A stretch of 64,000 bases of DNA from an uncultured delta proteobacterium (GCA_963765675.1 CAVXXK010000015.1:64039-128038); one strand, 5' to 3'. Positions 38,813-48,782 are shown, counted from the stretch's first letter. Notes: a model not told the origin generated them from the sequence alone. Numbers and translations are program-made.

Positions 38813-39670
38813 TTAGCGCAAAATGGCGGGCTTGGCGAGGTTCAACACCAGCGCGCAGGGCGAGTCGAGGATCGCGATGCGGAAAATCTCCGGGTCGAGC
38901 GCTGATGACGTAAGCATCGCGATCTCGCGCTCGCTCCAGACCGGCTCGACACACTGACGAACCTCGAGTCCCGCGCTTATCGCCGCCATGATGTAGTCCG
39001 AGACGGTCTGCGACGGTCCGCGGATCATGCCGCGGCCTCCGTCGGCATCGCGATAGAAGGCGCCTCCGCCGAGTTGGCGGCCTATCGGATGAAGCGTGGA
39101 GATGATCACGAATCCACCGGGGCGCACGACGCGCGCCAGCTCCGCGATTGGCGTGCGCAGATCGTCGGTATGGTCGAGAGCGAGCGCGCAGAGCGCCAGA
39201 TCGAAGCTGCCGGATGCGAACGGAATCGCGGTCAGATCGCCGAGCTCGAACCGCGCCTGCGGAACCTTGGCGCGCGCCCGCTCGAGCATCTCGGGCGAGC
39301 AGTCGACGCCGATCGTGTCGAATCCTCTTTCGGCGAGATACTTCGTATGCCGCCCGGTGCCGCACGCCGCGTCGAGCGCGCGTCCCGGCGCAATCGAGTC
39401 GATCATCGCCTGAACGACGGGCTCTTCGGCGGAGACTAGCGGATTTCCCGGCAGGTCGTACGTTGCGGACCACGCGGCATATCCCTCGCGCACATCGGTT
39501 TCGTTGACTGTCACGGGCGCGTTGCCCGGATGCTGTTCCATCGCGGCGGCGAAATCAGTCAGTTTCCGCGCGATGGTCTGCGCGACCGGTTCGTTGTGCG
39601 CATAGATGCGCAGCAGCGCGAGTCCATGAATTCCGAGTGCGAGGTGGATTGGCCGAATCGTTTTGCGCAT
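38813..39670 (-). CDS. Class I SAM-dependent methyltransferase
   Basis: ALDAACGTGRH, ARVVRPGG. Confidence 0.88.
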   Translation of the reverse strand: MRKTIRPIHLALGIHGLALLRIYAHNEPVAQTIARKLTDFAAAMEQHPGNAPVTVNETDVREGYAAWSATYDLPGNPLVSAEEPVVQAMIDSIAPGRALDAACGTGRHTKYLAERGFDTIGVDCSPEMLERARAKVPQARFELGDLTAIPFASGSFDLALCALALDHTDDLRTPIAELARVVRPGGFVIISTLHPIGRQLGGGAFYRDADGGRGMIRGPSQTVSDYIMAAISAGLEVRQCVEPVWSEREIAMLTSSALDPEIFRIAILDSPCALVLNLAKPAILR

Positions 39671-39728
39671 GCGATCGTAATTACTCCGGCAGGATCGTCG
39701 AATCGAGCGGCGAGTGTTTCTCTGGATT

Positions 39729-40002
39729 GTCCCTCTCCTCTACAGAATTGGGAGAGGGTGCGCGGCGCGGCGATTGCTTCTTTTAGCAATCGCCGTGACG
39801 CGCGGGTGAGGGGCCGGCAGAAATAAGTCTTTGAACCTGTGAGCCCAGCTCGGGCGTGAATATACAGCCTAAGATTCTGCGCATCGCGATCGTGGTGCAG
39901 TCGTATCGAGTGAAGGTTCCTGTCTGTCTGTCCCTCACCCGTCGCGCACGGCGCGCGACACCCGCGTGCCAGTGGCACCTCCCAATCTCTTGGGAGAGGG
40001 AC
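39729..40002. repeat. Gene-less inverted pair of the DUF559-flanking repeat
   Basis: GTCCCTCTCC...CGGGTGAGGG, ~118-bp spacer, CCCTCACCCG...GGAGAGGGAC. Confidence 0.8.
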
Positions 40003-40020
40003 AGAAGGCGGTGCGGTGCT

Positions 40021-40797
40021 CTAGCGGCGGGTGGTCCCCAGATCGTCGGAGCGTCCGGCTTTCAGGCGAGACCACTGTGCCATGGGACGTCCATTGGTAC
40101 GGAAATTTTGCTTGCCTTCAAAACGTTGTGGCCAGCCGGTCGGCGAGTCCTCCCACTTCTCCTGCCGCCCATAGACGGTCAAGTCGAGCAACCGGTAACT
40201 GTTATCCATCGCCTCGACGCCGCGCATCGTCGTCCAGTAGGTCTCGAAGACCTTGGATCCTTCTCGCAGGTAGCAAACGATGTACATCATGCTCAGCCGG
40301 CGTCCGACCAGGAGCTTGTCGAGCGATCCGAGGGCCGAGTACCAAGGCATCTCCCAGCCCATGAAGTCGCGGTAGCGGGCGCTCTCTTCGTACGGGCCTT
40401 TGCAAAACGTGGCGTAGGTGACGTCGCGAGAATGAATATAGGACAGCTCGCGCACCTGCGATGTAACCCACGTGCATCCCTCGCACTGCTCCGGCGCAGG
40501 CTGGCCGGCGTGCCACATGAAGTAGTAGGCGATGAGCTGGCGACGGCCCTCGAACACCTCGAGAAGCGTCACCGGGCCGTTCGGACCAATCAGCGTGATG
40601 GTGGGGTCGACCTCGACCATCGGCAGCCGCCGGCGGGATGCCGCGATCGCGTCACCCTCGCGCATGTGCGCCTTCTCCCGAACGCGCAGCGCATCCAGTT
40701 CGGCCTGAAAGGTGCTCCGGTCGACCACGGCAGGCTGCGCCGGAGTGTCGATGCCGCCGGAAGCCGAAACGTTCTTCGACTCTTGTTTCGTCTTCAT
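40021..40797 (-). CDS. DUF899 family (thioredoxin-like) protein
   Basis: RRRLPMVEV, FEGRRQLIAYYFMW, CEGC, LLDLTVYGRQE. Confidence 0.9.
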   Translation of the reverse strand: MKTKQESKNVSASGGIDTPAQPAVVDRSTFQAELDALRVREKAHMREGDAIAASRRRLPMVEVDPTITLIGPNGPVTLLEVFEGRRQLIAYYFMWHAGQPAPEQCEGCTWVTSQVRELSYIHSRDVTYATFCKGPYEESARYRDFMGWEMPWYSALGSLDKLLVGRRLSMMYIVCYLREGSKVFETYWTTMRGVEAMDNSYRLLDLTVYGRQEKWEDSPTGWPQRFEGKQNFRTNGRPMAQWSRLKAGRSDDLGTTRR

Positions 40798-40819
40798 CGA
40801 TTGGACACCGAGGCGCCGA

Positions 40820-41518
40820 TTACGCGGCGCGGGTCTTTGGTACCATTACCGGCGGGATCGGCTCGCTCATCGTGCGCGTGACCTCTTCGTCGCTCATGGT
40901 CCAGATCTTCGCGTCCGGCGGGTAATCCATCAGCGGCTTCGACGGATCGGGAGCGGGCTGCGGAACTTTTCCGCCCTTCGATTCGAATGCGGCCGGATGC
41001 TTGTAGCGCTCGAGCTCTTGCGCGTTGATTCCGGCGAGTTCCATCACTTCGGGATCGATCCACGCTTGCGCGTCGATCGCCTTTCCTTCCGAGGTCGCGA
41101 ATTCGAGCATCAGGCCCTCGGGCCCGGCAAAATAGATCGATTTGCACAGACCGTGGTCGAGCGGGCCCATGATCCATACGCCGTGGGCGCGCACGCGATC
41201 GCGAATCGCCAGCAGGTCGGCTTCCGTATCGACGTTCATCGCGACGTGCTGCATCACACCGGGCGCGACGTTTTGAGTGGTGTGGCCGGCGTTCGAGACA
41301 CCCTTGATTGGCTTGATGTTCGCGATGTCGGGATGCTGCACGAACGCGATCGAGGAGCTGTCGCTCATCCGCAGAAAGCCGTGGAAGGTGTTGTCCACGC
41401 CGTGCATCCAATAGAGCGCGACCAGTTCCATCCCGACTACCTCGGTGAAGAACTCGATCTGCTTCTTGATGTCCTTGGTGCAGATGGCGAGATGATGGAT
41501 TCCGTTTGGCAGACCCAT
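40820..41518 (-). CDS. VOC family protein
   Basis: GIHHLA, MQHVAM, DHGLCKSIYFAGPEGLMLE; GGAGG RBS. Confidence 0.9.
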   Translation of the reverse strand: MGLPNGIHHLAICTKDIKKQIEFFTEVVGMELVALYWMHGVDNTFHGFLRMSDSSSIAFVQHPDIANIKPIKGVSNAGHTTQNVAPGVMQHVAMNVDTEADLLAIRDRVRAHGVWIMGPLDHGLCKSIYFAGPEGLMLEFATSEGKAIDAQAWIDPEVMELAGINAQELERYKHPAAFESKGGKVPQPAPDPSKPLMDYPPDAKIWTMSDEEVTRTMSEPIPPVMVPKTRAA

Positions 41519-41666
41519 AATGGCACCTCCGATTACGGCGAGCTGCGTCGTTGATCGAACATCTATCATTGGCACTTGCGGATTTCTATCAGTGCCGGCG
41601 CGTGCGGGGCTTTGACAGCATGCCACTGGTGCGATACGTGTGGCTCGCCGATCGCGGGCGAATAAT

Positions 41667-42101
41667 ATGTCTGACGAATCCGATCGCGATTCCAAATCGC
41701 CGCAATCTCCGGACACGCCGTTGCCGGGACAATCCACCGCCAACGATCGCGCGGTCGAGGATCTGGCGCGCGAGCTCTCCGAACGGCTGCGCGAGATGCC
41801 GAATCGGCAGGAGATGACCGACTATGCGGTCTCGCTGCTGAAGGACAGCAACGAGGAAGCCGACCAGGCCGACCTCGCGCGCGATTCCAAGGTCAAGGCG
41901 GCGCGCGGCGATCCGTTCAATCCGATAGCGTTTGCGATTCCGCTGCTGGTGGTCGGGGCGGTGCTGATGGCGACGGGGCTTCTGACCGGGATGGGGATTC
42001 TGGTGGTGCGATCGCGATCGTGATGTTCGCGTATGGATTGATAGTTCCGTTTTTTTCGCGCGAGCGGCGGCGGTGGAAAGTCGTCCGGGGACGAGAGTTA
42101 G
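41667..42101 (+). CDS. Hypothetical membrane protein with apparent indel(s) near 42008/42050
   Basis: ORF stops at 42023, but hydrophobic AIAIVMFAYGLIVPFF continues in a shifted frame. Confidence 0.55.
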
Positions 42102-42275
42102 CGATGATCGCGTGGCAAATCAGCGGTTCTTCTTGCAGAGTTGCCTCATAATTAGGTAGCCTTACGCGCGGCGATAGATTGGGTTTTGGAATCGAGGGGT
42201 TGGAAGCGCATCGCGTTTTAGGGTAAGCATCGGGTTTATGCGGAGGCGGGCGTTCGTGCCCGGGTAGTGGCTTAG

Positions 42276-43049
42276 ATGGCGAAGTTGGACTGGAAAGAGG
42301 TCAGGCGCCAGATCACCGATTCTCAGGCGTGGCAGTCGATTTTCCGCCACGGCTACGAAGATACGCCACGAAACCGGATCCTGATGGTTTCGGGCAACGT
42401 CTGGCTGCATCTTCATCCTTCAAAAGTGCAAAAGCATGCCGTCCGATTGCGCTTCACCTGGTGCATGGGCGGAATCACCTTTCTGCTGTTTCTGGTCACG
42501 GTCATCACCGGCGTGTACCTGATGTTCTATTACCGGCCGACTGCGGAATACGCGTACGCCGACATGAAGTATCTCGAATTCGACATGCCGTTCGGGATGC
42601 TGATGCGCAATATGCATCGATGGGCCGCGCACGGGATGGTGATCGCGGTGTGGCTGCATATGTTCCGGGTGTTCATGACCGGATCGTACAAACCGCCGCG
42701 AGAATTCAATTGGGTGGTCGGCGTTATCCTGCTGGTGCTGACGCTGTTGCTCTCTTTCACCGGATATCTGCTGCCGTGGGATCAGCTCTCGATCTGGGCG
42801 GTGACCGTCGGCTCGAACATGGCGCGCGCCACTCCGCTGTTAGGCCACGGCGGGCCGTTCCACGAGGTGCTGGGGGTCAACCCGATCTACGATGCGCGGG
42901 CGTTTATTTTCGGCGGCGCCGAAATCGGGCCGCATACGCTGCTCCGGTTCTACATCCTGCACTGCATCTTCTTTCCGCTGGTCGCAACCATCTTTATGGC
43001 GGTGCATTTCTGGCGGATCCGGCGTGACGGAATGTCAGGCCCGCTCTAG
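42276..43049 (+). CDS. Cytochrome b6-like subunit (split cytochrome b, N-terminal part)
   Basis: WCMGGITF (heme ci-type Cys), HRWAAH...WLHMFRVF, PREFNW, TGYLLPWDQ, LHC...VHFW heme b ligands. Confidence 0.95.
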   Translation: MAKLDWKEVRRQITDSQAWQSIFRHGYEDTPRNRILMVSGNVWLHLHPSKVQKHAVRLRFTWCMGGITFLLFLVTVITGVYLMFYYRPTAEYAYADMKYLEFDMPFGMLMRNMHRWAAHGMVIAVWLHMFRVFMTGSYKPPREFNWVVGVILLVLTLLLSFTGYLLPWDQLSIWAVTVGSNMARATPLLGHGGPFHEVLGVNPIYDARAFIFGGAEIGPHTLLRFYILHCIFFPLVATIFMAVHFWRIRRDGMSGPL

Positions 43050-43067
43050 GAAGCGCGAGGATCTCCG

Positions 43068-43220
43068 ATGGGTGACGTAATTTCCTATATCGCGCATCTG
43101 GGGATAGTGCGTGTTCTCACGGTGCCGGGCTCGATGGTGATCGCGCTGTTGCTGATCTGGCGCGCCGCGGCGCCCGCTCCATGGAAGGAAGACGATGACG
43201 CCGATACAGATCGGGCCTGA
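43068..43220 (+). CDS. 50-aa membrane protein in the cytochrome operon (below ORF track cutoff)
   Basis: GAGG RBS, then MGDVISYIAHLGIVRVLTVPGSMVIALLLIWRAAAPAPWKEDDDADTDRA. Confidence 0.55.
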   Translation: MGDVISYIAHLGIVRVLTVPGSMVIALLLIWRAAAPAPWKEDDDADTDRA

Positions 43221-43341
43221 GCGCGTGCGAGTCAATCTGCGCGGATGCAGGAGGACGCGCGAGCTTTCGCCGATGGAATCAACAAGGGTTTAATCATGGC
43301 GAGCCACGAAGGAAATTCTCCGGGCAACGCACCAAAATCCA

Positions 43342-44220
43342 ATGATGATGGCGGCCGCCGGTGGCGCGGGTGCTCCCGTGCGTGCACCGGCGGGTGGTGC
43401 GCCGCCGGGCGGCAAGCGGATCGAAGTCCCGATCAAGAAGGCCGGCGGCGGGGTCGAAGAGAAGCTTCACACCTGGCCGTTTTTGGTGCGCAGCGAATTC
43501 CTGATGACGCTGCTCATAGTCGTGGTGCTGACCATCTGGTCGCTCACGATCAACGCTCCGCTCGAAGAGCCGTCCAATCCGACCCGCACCCCGAATCCTT
43601 CCAAGGCGCCGTGGTACTTCCTGGGCCTGCAGGAGATGCTGGTCTTTTTCGATCCGTGGTACGCGGGGGTCGTGCTGCCGAGCTTCATTATCGTCGGCTT
43701 GATGCTGATTCCGTATCTGGACATCAATCCGAAGGGCAATGGCTACTACACCTTCAAAGAGCGGAAGTTCGAGATCCTGACGTTCTTTGTTGGCTTTCAG
43801 ATGCTGTGGGTCTCGTTCATCATTATCGGGACCTTCTTCCGCGGCCCCGGATGGAACTGGTTCTGGCCGGGACAGGTCTGGGATCCGCATCTGGTCGAGG
43901 CGCTGACCAACGTCGATCTGCCGTACCTGTTCGGGTTCCGCGACTATCTGGCTTCGGCGATCTTCGGACTGTCGCTTATCGTCGGCTACTTCGTGGTCGG
44001 GTATTTCCTGTTTTATATGTGGGTTCGCGGGAGGCCGGCCAACGATCGATGGTCGGCGTTCCCCGGCGGCGGACGCGAGATTTTGCAGAAATGGGGACCG
44101 GTGCGTTTCGGGATCACCGGCTTTCTGCTGCTGGCGATGGTTGGGGTGTTGATCAAGATGTCGCTGCGGCACGCCTTCAATATTAAATACATCCTCGTCA
44201 CGCCGTGGCTAAACATCTGA
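43342..44220 (+). CDS. Cytochrome b subunit IV-like protein
   Basis: HTWPFLV, EEPSNPTRTPNPSKAPWYFLGLQE (PEWY-equivalent), PYLD; possible true start at 43296 with a 1-bp indel. Confidence 0.88.
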   Translation: MMMAAAGGAGAPVRAPAGGAPPGGKRIEVPIKKAGGGVEEKLHTWPFLVRSEFLMTLLIVVVLTIWSLTINAPLEEPSNPTRTPNPSKAPWYFLGLQEMLVFFDPWYAGVVLPSFIIVGLMLIPYLDINPKGNGYYTFKERKFEILTFFVGFQMLWVSFIIIGTFFRGPGWNWFWPGQVWDPHLVEALTNVDLPYLFGFRDYLASAIFGLSLIVGYFVVGYFLFYMWVRGRPANDRWSAFPGGGREILQKWGPVRFGITGFLLLAMVGVLIKMSLRHAFNIKYILVTPWLNI

Positions 44221-44235
44221 GGCGGGCGTGGCCAC

Positions 44236-44409
44236 GTGTATCTGCTGGGCAAGATACTGGAGGCGCTCGGATGCGCCGATGTGGGGTTCGCCCTGTTCGT
44301 GGGGATTACGCAGACGCACGGAATGGGTAATGAGTACAAGTTGACCGGGATCGGAATCCTGGTCTTTCTGGTGGGCTATATCGCCGAGAGTTTTGGCGCG
44401 GATTCCTGA
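44236..44409 (+). CDS. 57-aa two-helix membrane protein (below ORF track cutoff)
   Basis: GTG start: MYLLGKILEALGCADVGFALFVGITQTHGMGNEYKLTGIGILVFLVGYIAESFGADS. Confidence 0.6.
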   Translation: MYLLGKILEALGCADVGFALFVGITQTHGMGNEYKLTGIGILVFLVGYIAESFGADS

Positions 44410-44477
44410 GTGCGATGAACCAAGCGGCTGCGGCATGCGGCGCGATCAACTGATTCGAGGGCGGGTAGGTAGGATAG

Positions 44478-47258
44478 ATGGCTGGCAGACCGGGGCTTGA
44501 TCCCACTGAGGAAGGCAAGTCGTACAGCGCGCTGTTTGTCCTGATGGTCGCGCTGCTGCTCGTGGTCGCGGTATGGTCGATTTGGGACGATAATGTCTCG
44601 CGCCGTCCATGGAAAGAGTACCAGGTCGAGTTCGACAAGCTCGCCTACGACAAGTACATGCAGGACGCCGCCGTTGAGCAGAAGAAGCTCGACGCGAATC
44701 CCGAATACGTAAAGCTGATCAAGGACCTTGCCGCCAACCAGCGCGAGCTCAAATCCGGCGCGACCGCCGACAAGCTGGCCGCCTTGAACGAGAAGCTGGT
44801 AGCCCTGAAGGTCACCGCCGACGAAAAGGAACAGGCGGCGCGCTTCACCAAGTCATACATGACCGAGAGCTGGTACGACTATAATCACGCGATCCAGACC
44901 AAGCAGGATCCGACCGAGTACAAAAATCAGCTCGATCAGTTGAACAAGGACTTGGAGTCGGAGACCAAGGTTTCCGACGCGGCCAAGGCGGCGGTCCAGA
45001 AGGTCAAGGATCAGATCGACGCGATCAACTCGCAGGTCGATACGATTACCGACCGGCTCAAGGTCCTGACCAAGACCCGCGACGACCTTTTCGACAAGGC
45101 CGACGGCTACATGATTCCGATCAAATTCGCTGGCCGGGTCATCCTGCGCTATCCGAAGATTCCCAAGATTCAGCAGACCGCGATCGATGATTTCGATCGC
45201 AACGGTTTCGACGAGGCGATCGCGCGCGTAGATCGCTGCCAATCCTGCCACATGGGGATCGACAAGAAGGGCTTCGAGAACGCGCCGCAGCCGTTTCGCA
45301 CCCACTCCAATTTCGACGCGATTATCGGCAAGCATCCGCCGGACAAGCTCGGATGCACTCCGTGCCACGAAGGACAGGGGCCTGCGGTCAATTCGATCGC
45401 GATGGCGCACGGCGACGTCGAGCACTGGGACCATCCGCTGCTCCGGGGTCACCAGATGCAGTCGCGATGCGTCAAGTGCCATGTCGATGTCGGCTCGCTG
45501 CGCAACAAGGACGGCAAGCAGATCGCGATCAACTGGGTCCAGGGCGAGCGCCTGTTCCAGCAGATGGGATGCACCGGATGCCATCTGGCGTTGGGTTATG
45601 AGGACATGCCCAAAATCGGTCCGTACCTGAAACTCGCGTCGGCGAAGCTCGACCCGTCGTGGACCGTGCGCTGGATCACCAATCCGCATCTGATTCATCC
45701 GCATACGCGGATGCCGAACTTCATGTTCACGCGCGAGCAGGCGACCCAGATCGCGTCGTATATCCTGTCGAGCTCGGCCAAGAATTCCGCCGAGTGGCTG
45801 GCCGCGCATCCGGAGCCGCCGACGCTCGAGGCCGATATTGCGAACCCCGCCTTTGTCGAAGAGGGCAAGGGGCTGTTCGAATCGGTCGGCTGCAAAGCCT
45901 GCCATTCGATCGAGCCGAACCAGATCGGCACCCCGGTTGGTGACGACGCGCATTTCATCCCGACCGCAACGCGCACGACCAAGGACTTCGCGCCGAACCT
46001 CGACGGAATCGCGGCCAAGACCAGCCCGCAATGGATTTACGCCTGGCTCAAGAATCCACGCGATTTCTCTCCGCACACCGCGATGCCGTCGCTGCGGCTG
46101 TCCGACCATGAGGCCGAGGCGCTCACCGCCTTCCTGATGACGCACGGCAAGAAGCAGGAAGATCCCGGCATCGAGACCGCACTCAAGGATCCTGAAAATA
46201 TCAAAGCCGGCGAGTCGCTGGTGCGTAAGTACGGATGCTTCGGATGCCACGAAGTCGAGGGGATGGACAAAGAGTCCAGAATCGGCGTCGAGCTGACCTC
46301 GTTTGGCACCAAGCACGTCGACGAGCTGTTTTTCGGAGATCGTCCCGAGATCCCGCAGACCTGGAATGACTGGACCTTCCACAAGCTGCAGAATCCGCGC
46401 ATCTACGCGACCAAGGATGTCGAGCAGTTGATGCCCAACTTCGATTTCCAGGACGCGGATATCGAGACTCTGCGCGTGTTCCTCGCGAGCCGCACCGACA
46501 CCAAGGTGCCCGAGCGCTACCGCGATCCCGCGACCCAGCCGCAGGACAATATCGTCGCCGGGCGCAATCTGGTGAATTATTACAACTGCGTCGGATGCCA
46601 CATTATCGAGAACCGCGGCGGTTATATCCGGCGCTTTTACTCAGAAGACGAAATCAACTTCGCTCCGCCAATACTCAATGGCGAAGGGCTCAAGGTGCAG
46701 CCCGACTGGCTATTCACCTTCCTGCAGGGGCCGACGCCGATCCGTCCGTGGCTGAAGATCCGGATGCCGACGTTCCATTTCACCAATGCCGAAGATGACA
46801 CGGTGGTGAACTATTTCACGTCGCTCTCCGACGTCGGGGTGCCGTTCGAGTATCTGAACGTGAACCTGATCCCGTCCGATATGCTGCAGGCGGGCCAGAA
46901 GCTCACGACCAAGGATTACTTCAACTGCTTCAGTTGCCATCAGCAGGGCGACAAGAAGCCCGAGGGTCCGCCTTCGGGATGGGCTCCCGATCTTGCGATG
47001 GCGCATGACCGGCTGAATCCGCAGTGGATACTCCTGTGGCTCAAGAATCCGCAGGCGGTGCAGCCCGGCACCAAGATGCCGTCATTCTATCCGGGCGGCC
47101 CCGACGATATCTTGAAGGGCAACGAGCCCGAGCAGATCAAGGCGCTGCGCGACTATATATTCTGGTTCGGAACATATCCGGGAAAAACTCTGCCAGCGCA
47201 GGTTGCGCAAGCCGCGCCAGTGAAACCGGTCAAGGCAAGCAAAAAGAAAGGTTCCTGA
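44478..47258 (+). CDS. Membrane-anchored octaheme cytochrome c
   Basis: 8 CxxCH motifs (CQSCH, CTPCH, CVKCH, CTGCH, CKACH, CFGCH, CVGCH, CFSCH); N-terminal TM and coiled coil; five MP distal-Met motifs. Confidence 0.93.
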   Translation: MAGRPGLDPTEEGKSYSALFVLMVALLLVVAVWSIWDDNVSRRPWKEYQVEFDKLAYDKYMQDAAVEQKKLDANPEYVKLIKDLAANQRELKSGATADKLAALNEKLVALKVTADEKEQAARFTKSYMTESWYDYNHAIQTKQDPTEYKNQLDQLNKDLESETKVSDAAKAAVQKVKDQIDAINSQVDTITDRLKVLTKTRDDLFDKADGYMIPIKFAGRVILRYPKIPKIQQTAIDDFDRNGFDEAIARVDRCQSCHMGIDKKGFENAPQPFRTHSNFDAIIGKHPPDKLGCTPCHEGQGPAVNSIAMAHGDVEHWDHPLLRGHQMQSRCVKCHVDVGSLRNKDGKQIAINWVQGERLFQQMGCTGCHLALGYEDMPKIGPYLKLASAKLDPSWTVRWITNPHLIHPHTRMPNFMFTREQATQIASYILSSSAKNSAEWLAAHPEPPTLEADIANPAFVEEGKGLFESVGCKACHSIEPNQIGTPVGDDAHFIPTATRTTKDFAPNLDGIAAKTSPQWIYAWLKNPRDFSPHTAMPSLRLSDHEAEALTAFLMTHGKKQEDPGIETALKDPENIKAGESLVRKYGCFGCHEVEGMDKESRIGVELTSFGTKHVDELFFGDRPEIPQTWNDWTFHKLQNPRIYATKDVEQLMPNFDFQDADIETLRVFLASRTDTKVPERYRDPATQPQDNIVAGRNLVNYYNCVGCHIIENRGGYIRRFYSEDEINFAPPILNGEGLKVQPDWLFTFLQGPTPIRPWLKIRMPTFHFTNAEDDTVVNYFTSLSDVGVPFEYLNVNLIPSDMLQAGQKLTTKDYFNCFSCHQQGDKKPEGPPSGWAPDLAMAHDRLNPQWILLWLKNPQAVQPGTKMPSFYPGGPDDILKGNEPEQIKALRDYIFWFGTYPGKTLPAQVAQAAPVKPVKASKKKGS

Positions 47259-47296
47259 GGACCAGGGCCAAGACGAATTTTTCAGGAGGAAAATAG

Positions 47297-47998
47297 ATGA
47301 ACAAGCTTTCAATTTTTGTTGCAACGTGCGCTGCCGTCGTCGCCGTAGGGATGAGCAGCTATCCTGCGGCCGCGGCCGGCGGAACGATTTCCGGGACCGT
47401 CAAGTATGACGGCACCGCGCCCGCGCCAAAGAAGGTCGAGATCACGAAGGACAAGGACGTGTGCGGGCTCAAGCCGCATTTCGACGAATCGCTGATCGTC
47501 GGCAGCAACGGCGGGATCGCCAACGCGGTCGTGATCGTCAAGGGCGCCAAGGGCGAGCTCAAGCCGCAGAATGTCGAGTTTGATCAAAAAGGATGCGACT
47601 ACGTGCCCCACGTGCTCGCGTTCCCCGCGGGCTCAACCGTCGATATCATCAACTCCGACGGAATCCTGCACAATATCCATACCTACTCGACCGTGAATCC
47701 TTCCTTCAACATGGCGCAGCCCAAGTTCAAGAAGAAGATCGAAGAGAAGGTCGAGAAGCCCGAAGTGATCAAGGTCACCTGCGACGCGCACGGCTGGATG
47801 AAAGGATGGTGGGTCGCAACCGACACGCCGTACTACGCCGTGACTGACGACAGCGGCAACTTCACGATCAAGGACGTTCCCCCGGGCAATTACACTGTCC
47901 AGGTCTGGCAGGAAAAGCTCGGAACGGAAGATCAGAAAGTCGACGTGAAAGACGGCGCGACCGCCAACGCGAATTTCTCGCTCAAGCCGAAGAGCTGA
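47297..47998 (+). CDS. Secreted cupredoxin-like protein with carboxypeptidase-regulatory-like domain
   Basis: Signal peptide; HNIH and CDAHGWM type-1 Cu-like ligands; AGGAGG RBS. Confidence 0.85.
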   Translation: MNKLSIFVATCAAVVAVGMSSYPAAAAGGTISGTVKYDGTAPAPKKVEITKDKDVCGLKPHFDESLIVGSNGGIANAVVIVKGAKGELKPQNVEFDQKGCDYVPHVLAFPAGSTVDIINSDGILHNIHTYSTVNPSFNMAQPKFKKKIEEKVEKPEVIKVTCDAHGWMKGWWVATDTPYYAVTDDSGNFTIKDVPPGNYTVQVWQEKLGTEDQKVDVKDGATANANFSLKPKS

Positions 47999-48024
47999 TT
48001 CGCGAACTATAGTTTCGCTCGCGC

Positions 48025-48065
48025 GCGGGGCCGGATGGAAGATCATTCGGCCCCGCCGCCTTTTG
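48025..48065 (+). terminator. Rho-independent terminator
   Basis: GCGGGGCCG...CGGCCCCGC stem followed by TTTTG. Confidence 0.6.
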
Positions 48066-48089
48066 TGCTAAACCCATGAGCGAATTCGC

Positions 48090-48464
48090 ATGAGCAATAT
48101 GAAAAGGCTCGATCGCCTGGATGTCGCGACAACAGACCTGGCCGACGCGGCGTCGATCTATCAGAAGAATTTCGGCTTTGCGGTCTCACGCGACGCGGCC
48201 GGCAACCTCGCGACGGTGAAGGTAGGCGACGCCGAGATTCGCCTCGCCGCCGGAGAATCGGTAGCGGCGCAACTCGCGGCGAACGGCGAAGGGATGTACG
48301 CGCTATGGCTGGAAGCCGAAGACCTCGACGCCGTAGTCACCGCGCTGCGCAACGCGGGAATAGCTCCCGGCGCAATCAAGCTCGAGGCAAACCGCCGAGT
48401 CCTGTCGATAGATCCAAAACACGCAAACCAGGTGCCTCTGTACATTTTCGATCGCAAGCACTGA
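48090..48464 (+). CDS. VOC family protein
   Basis: Glyoxalase-like pattern: DVATTDL...YQKNFGF, GEGMYALWLEAEDLD. Confidence 0.8.
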   Translation: MSNMKRLDRLDVATTDLADAASIYQKNFGFAVSRDAAGNLATVKVGDAEIRLAAGESVAAQLAANGEGMYALWLEAEDLDAVVTALRNAGIAPGAIKLEANRRVLSIDPKHANQVPLYIFDRKH

Positions 48465-48494
48465 CCCGCGCCGCTCCGCTGTCCGCGCCTCGAC

Positions 48495-48782
48495 GTATGC
48501 GCCTCTCCCCCGGGAGAGCTTTGGGTAGCCAATCGAAAGAGCTGCTGCTGCGCGAGAGTTCTTCGCGACCTCGCCGCGCCAGCTGATACGCACGGCCCCA
48601 TCCGCATTGCATGGCGCATCGAATGACAATTTCTCCTGGCTTTGTGTCACCGAGCGCGATCAGGCCACCCTGCATAGTTCGTATGCTTCATGTTGCGCGG
48701 CAGAGGTCGCGAGAAGTCAAGCCCATGCGCACCGGCGCACCCGTCCGATTGGTTACGCAAAGCCCTCCCGGAGGGAGAGGGA
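48495..48782. repeat. Partial copies of the DUF559-flanking repeat
   Basis: GTATGCGCCTCTCCCCCGGGAGAG (48495-48518) matches 48936-48960; TCCCGGAGGGAGAGGGA (48766-48782) matches 49461-49477. Confidence 0.7.

Noticed and set aside
43245-44186. 313-aa alternative-frame ORF
   Set aside because: Overlaps subunit IV in another frame; only ~43296-43323 may be the true N-terminus via an indel
44853-46601. 582-aa minus-strand ORF
   Set aside because: Antisense shadow of the octaheme cytochrome gene; typical of high-GC codon bias; no motifs
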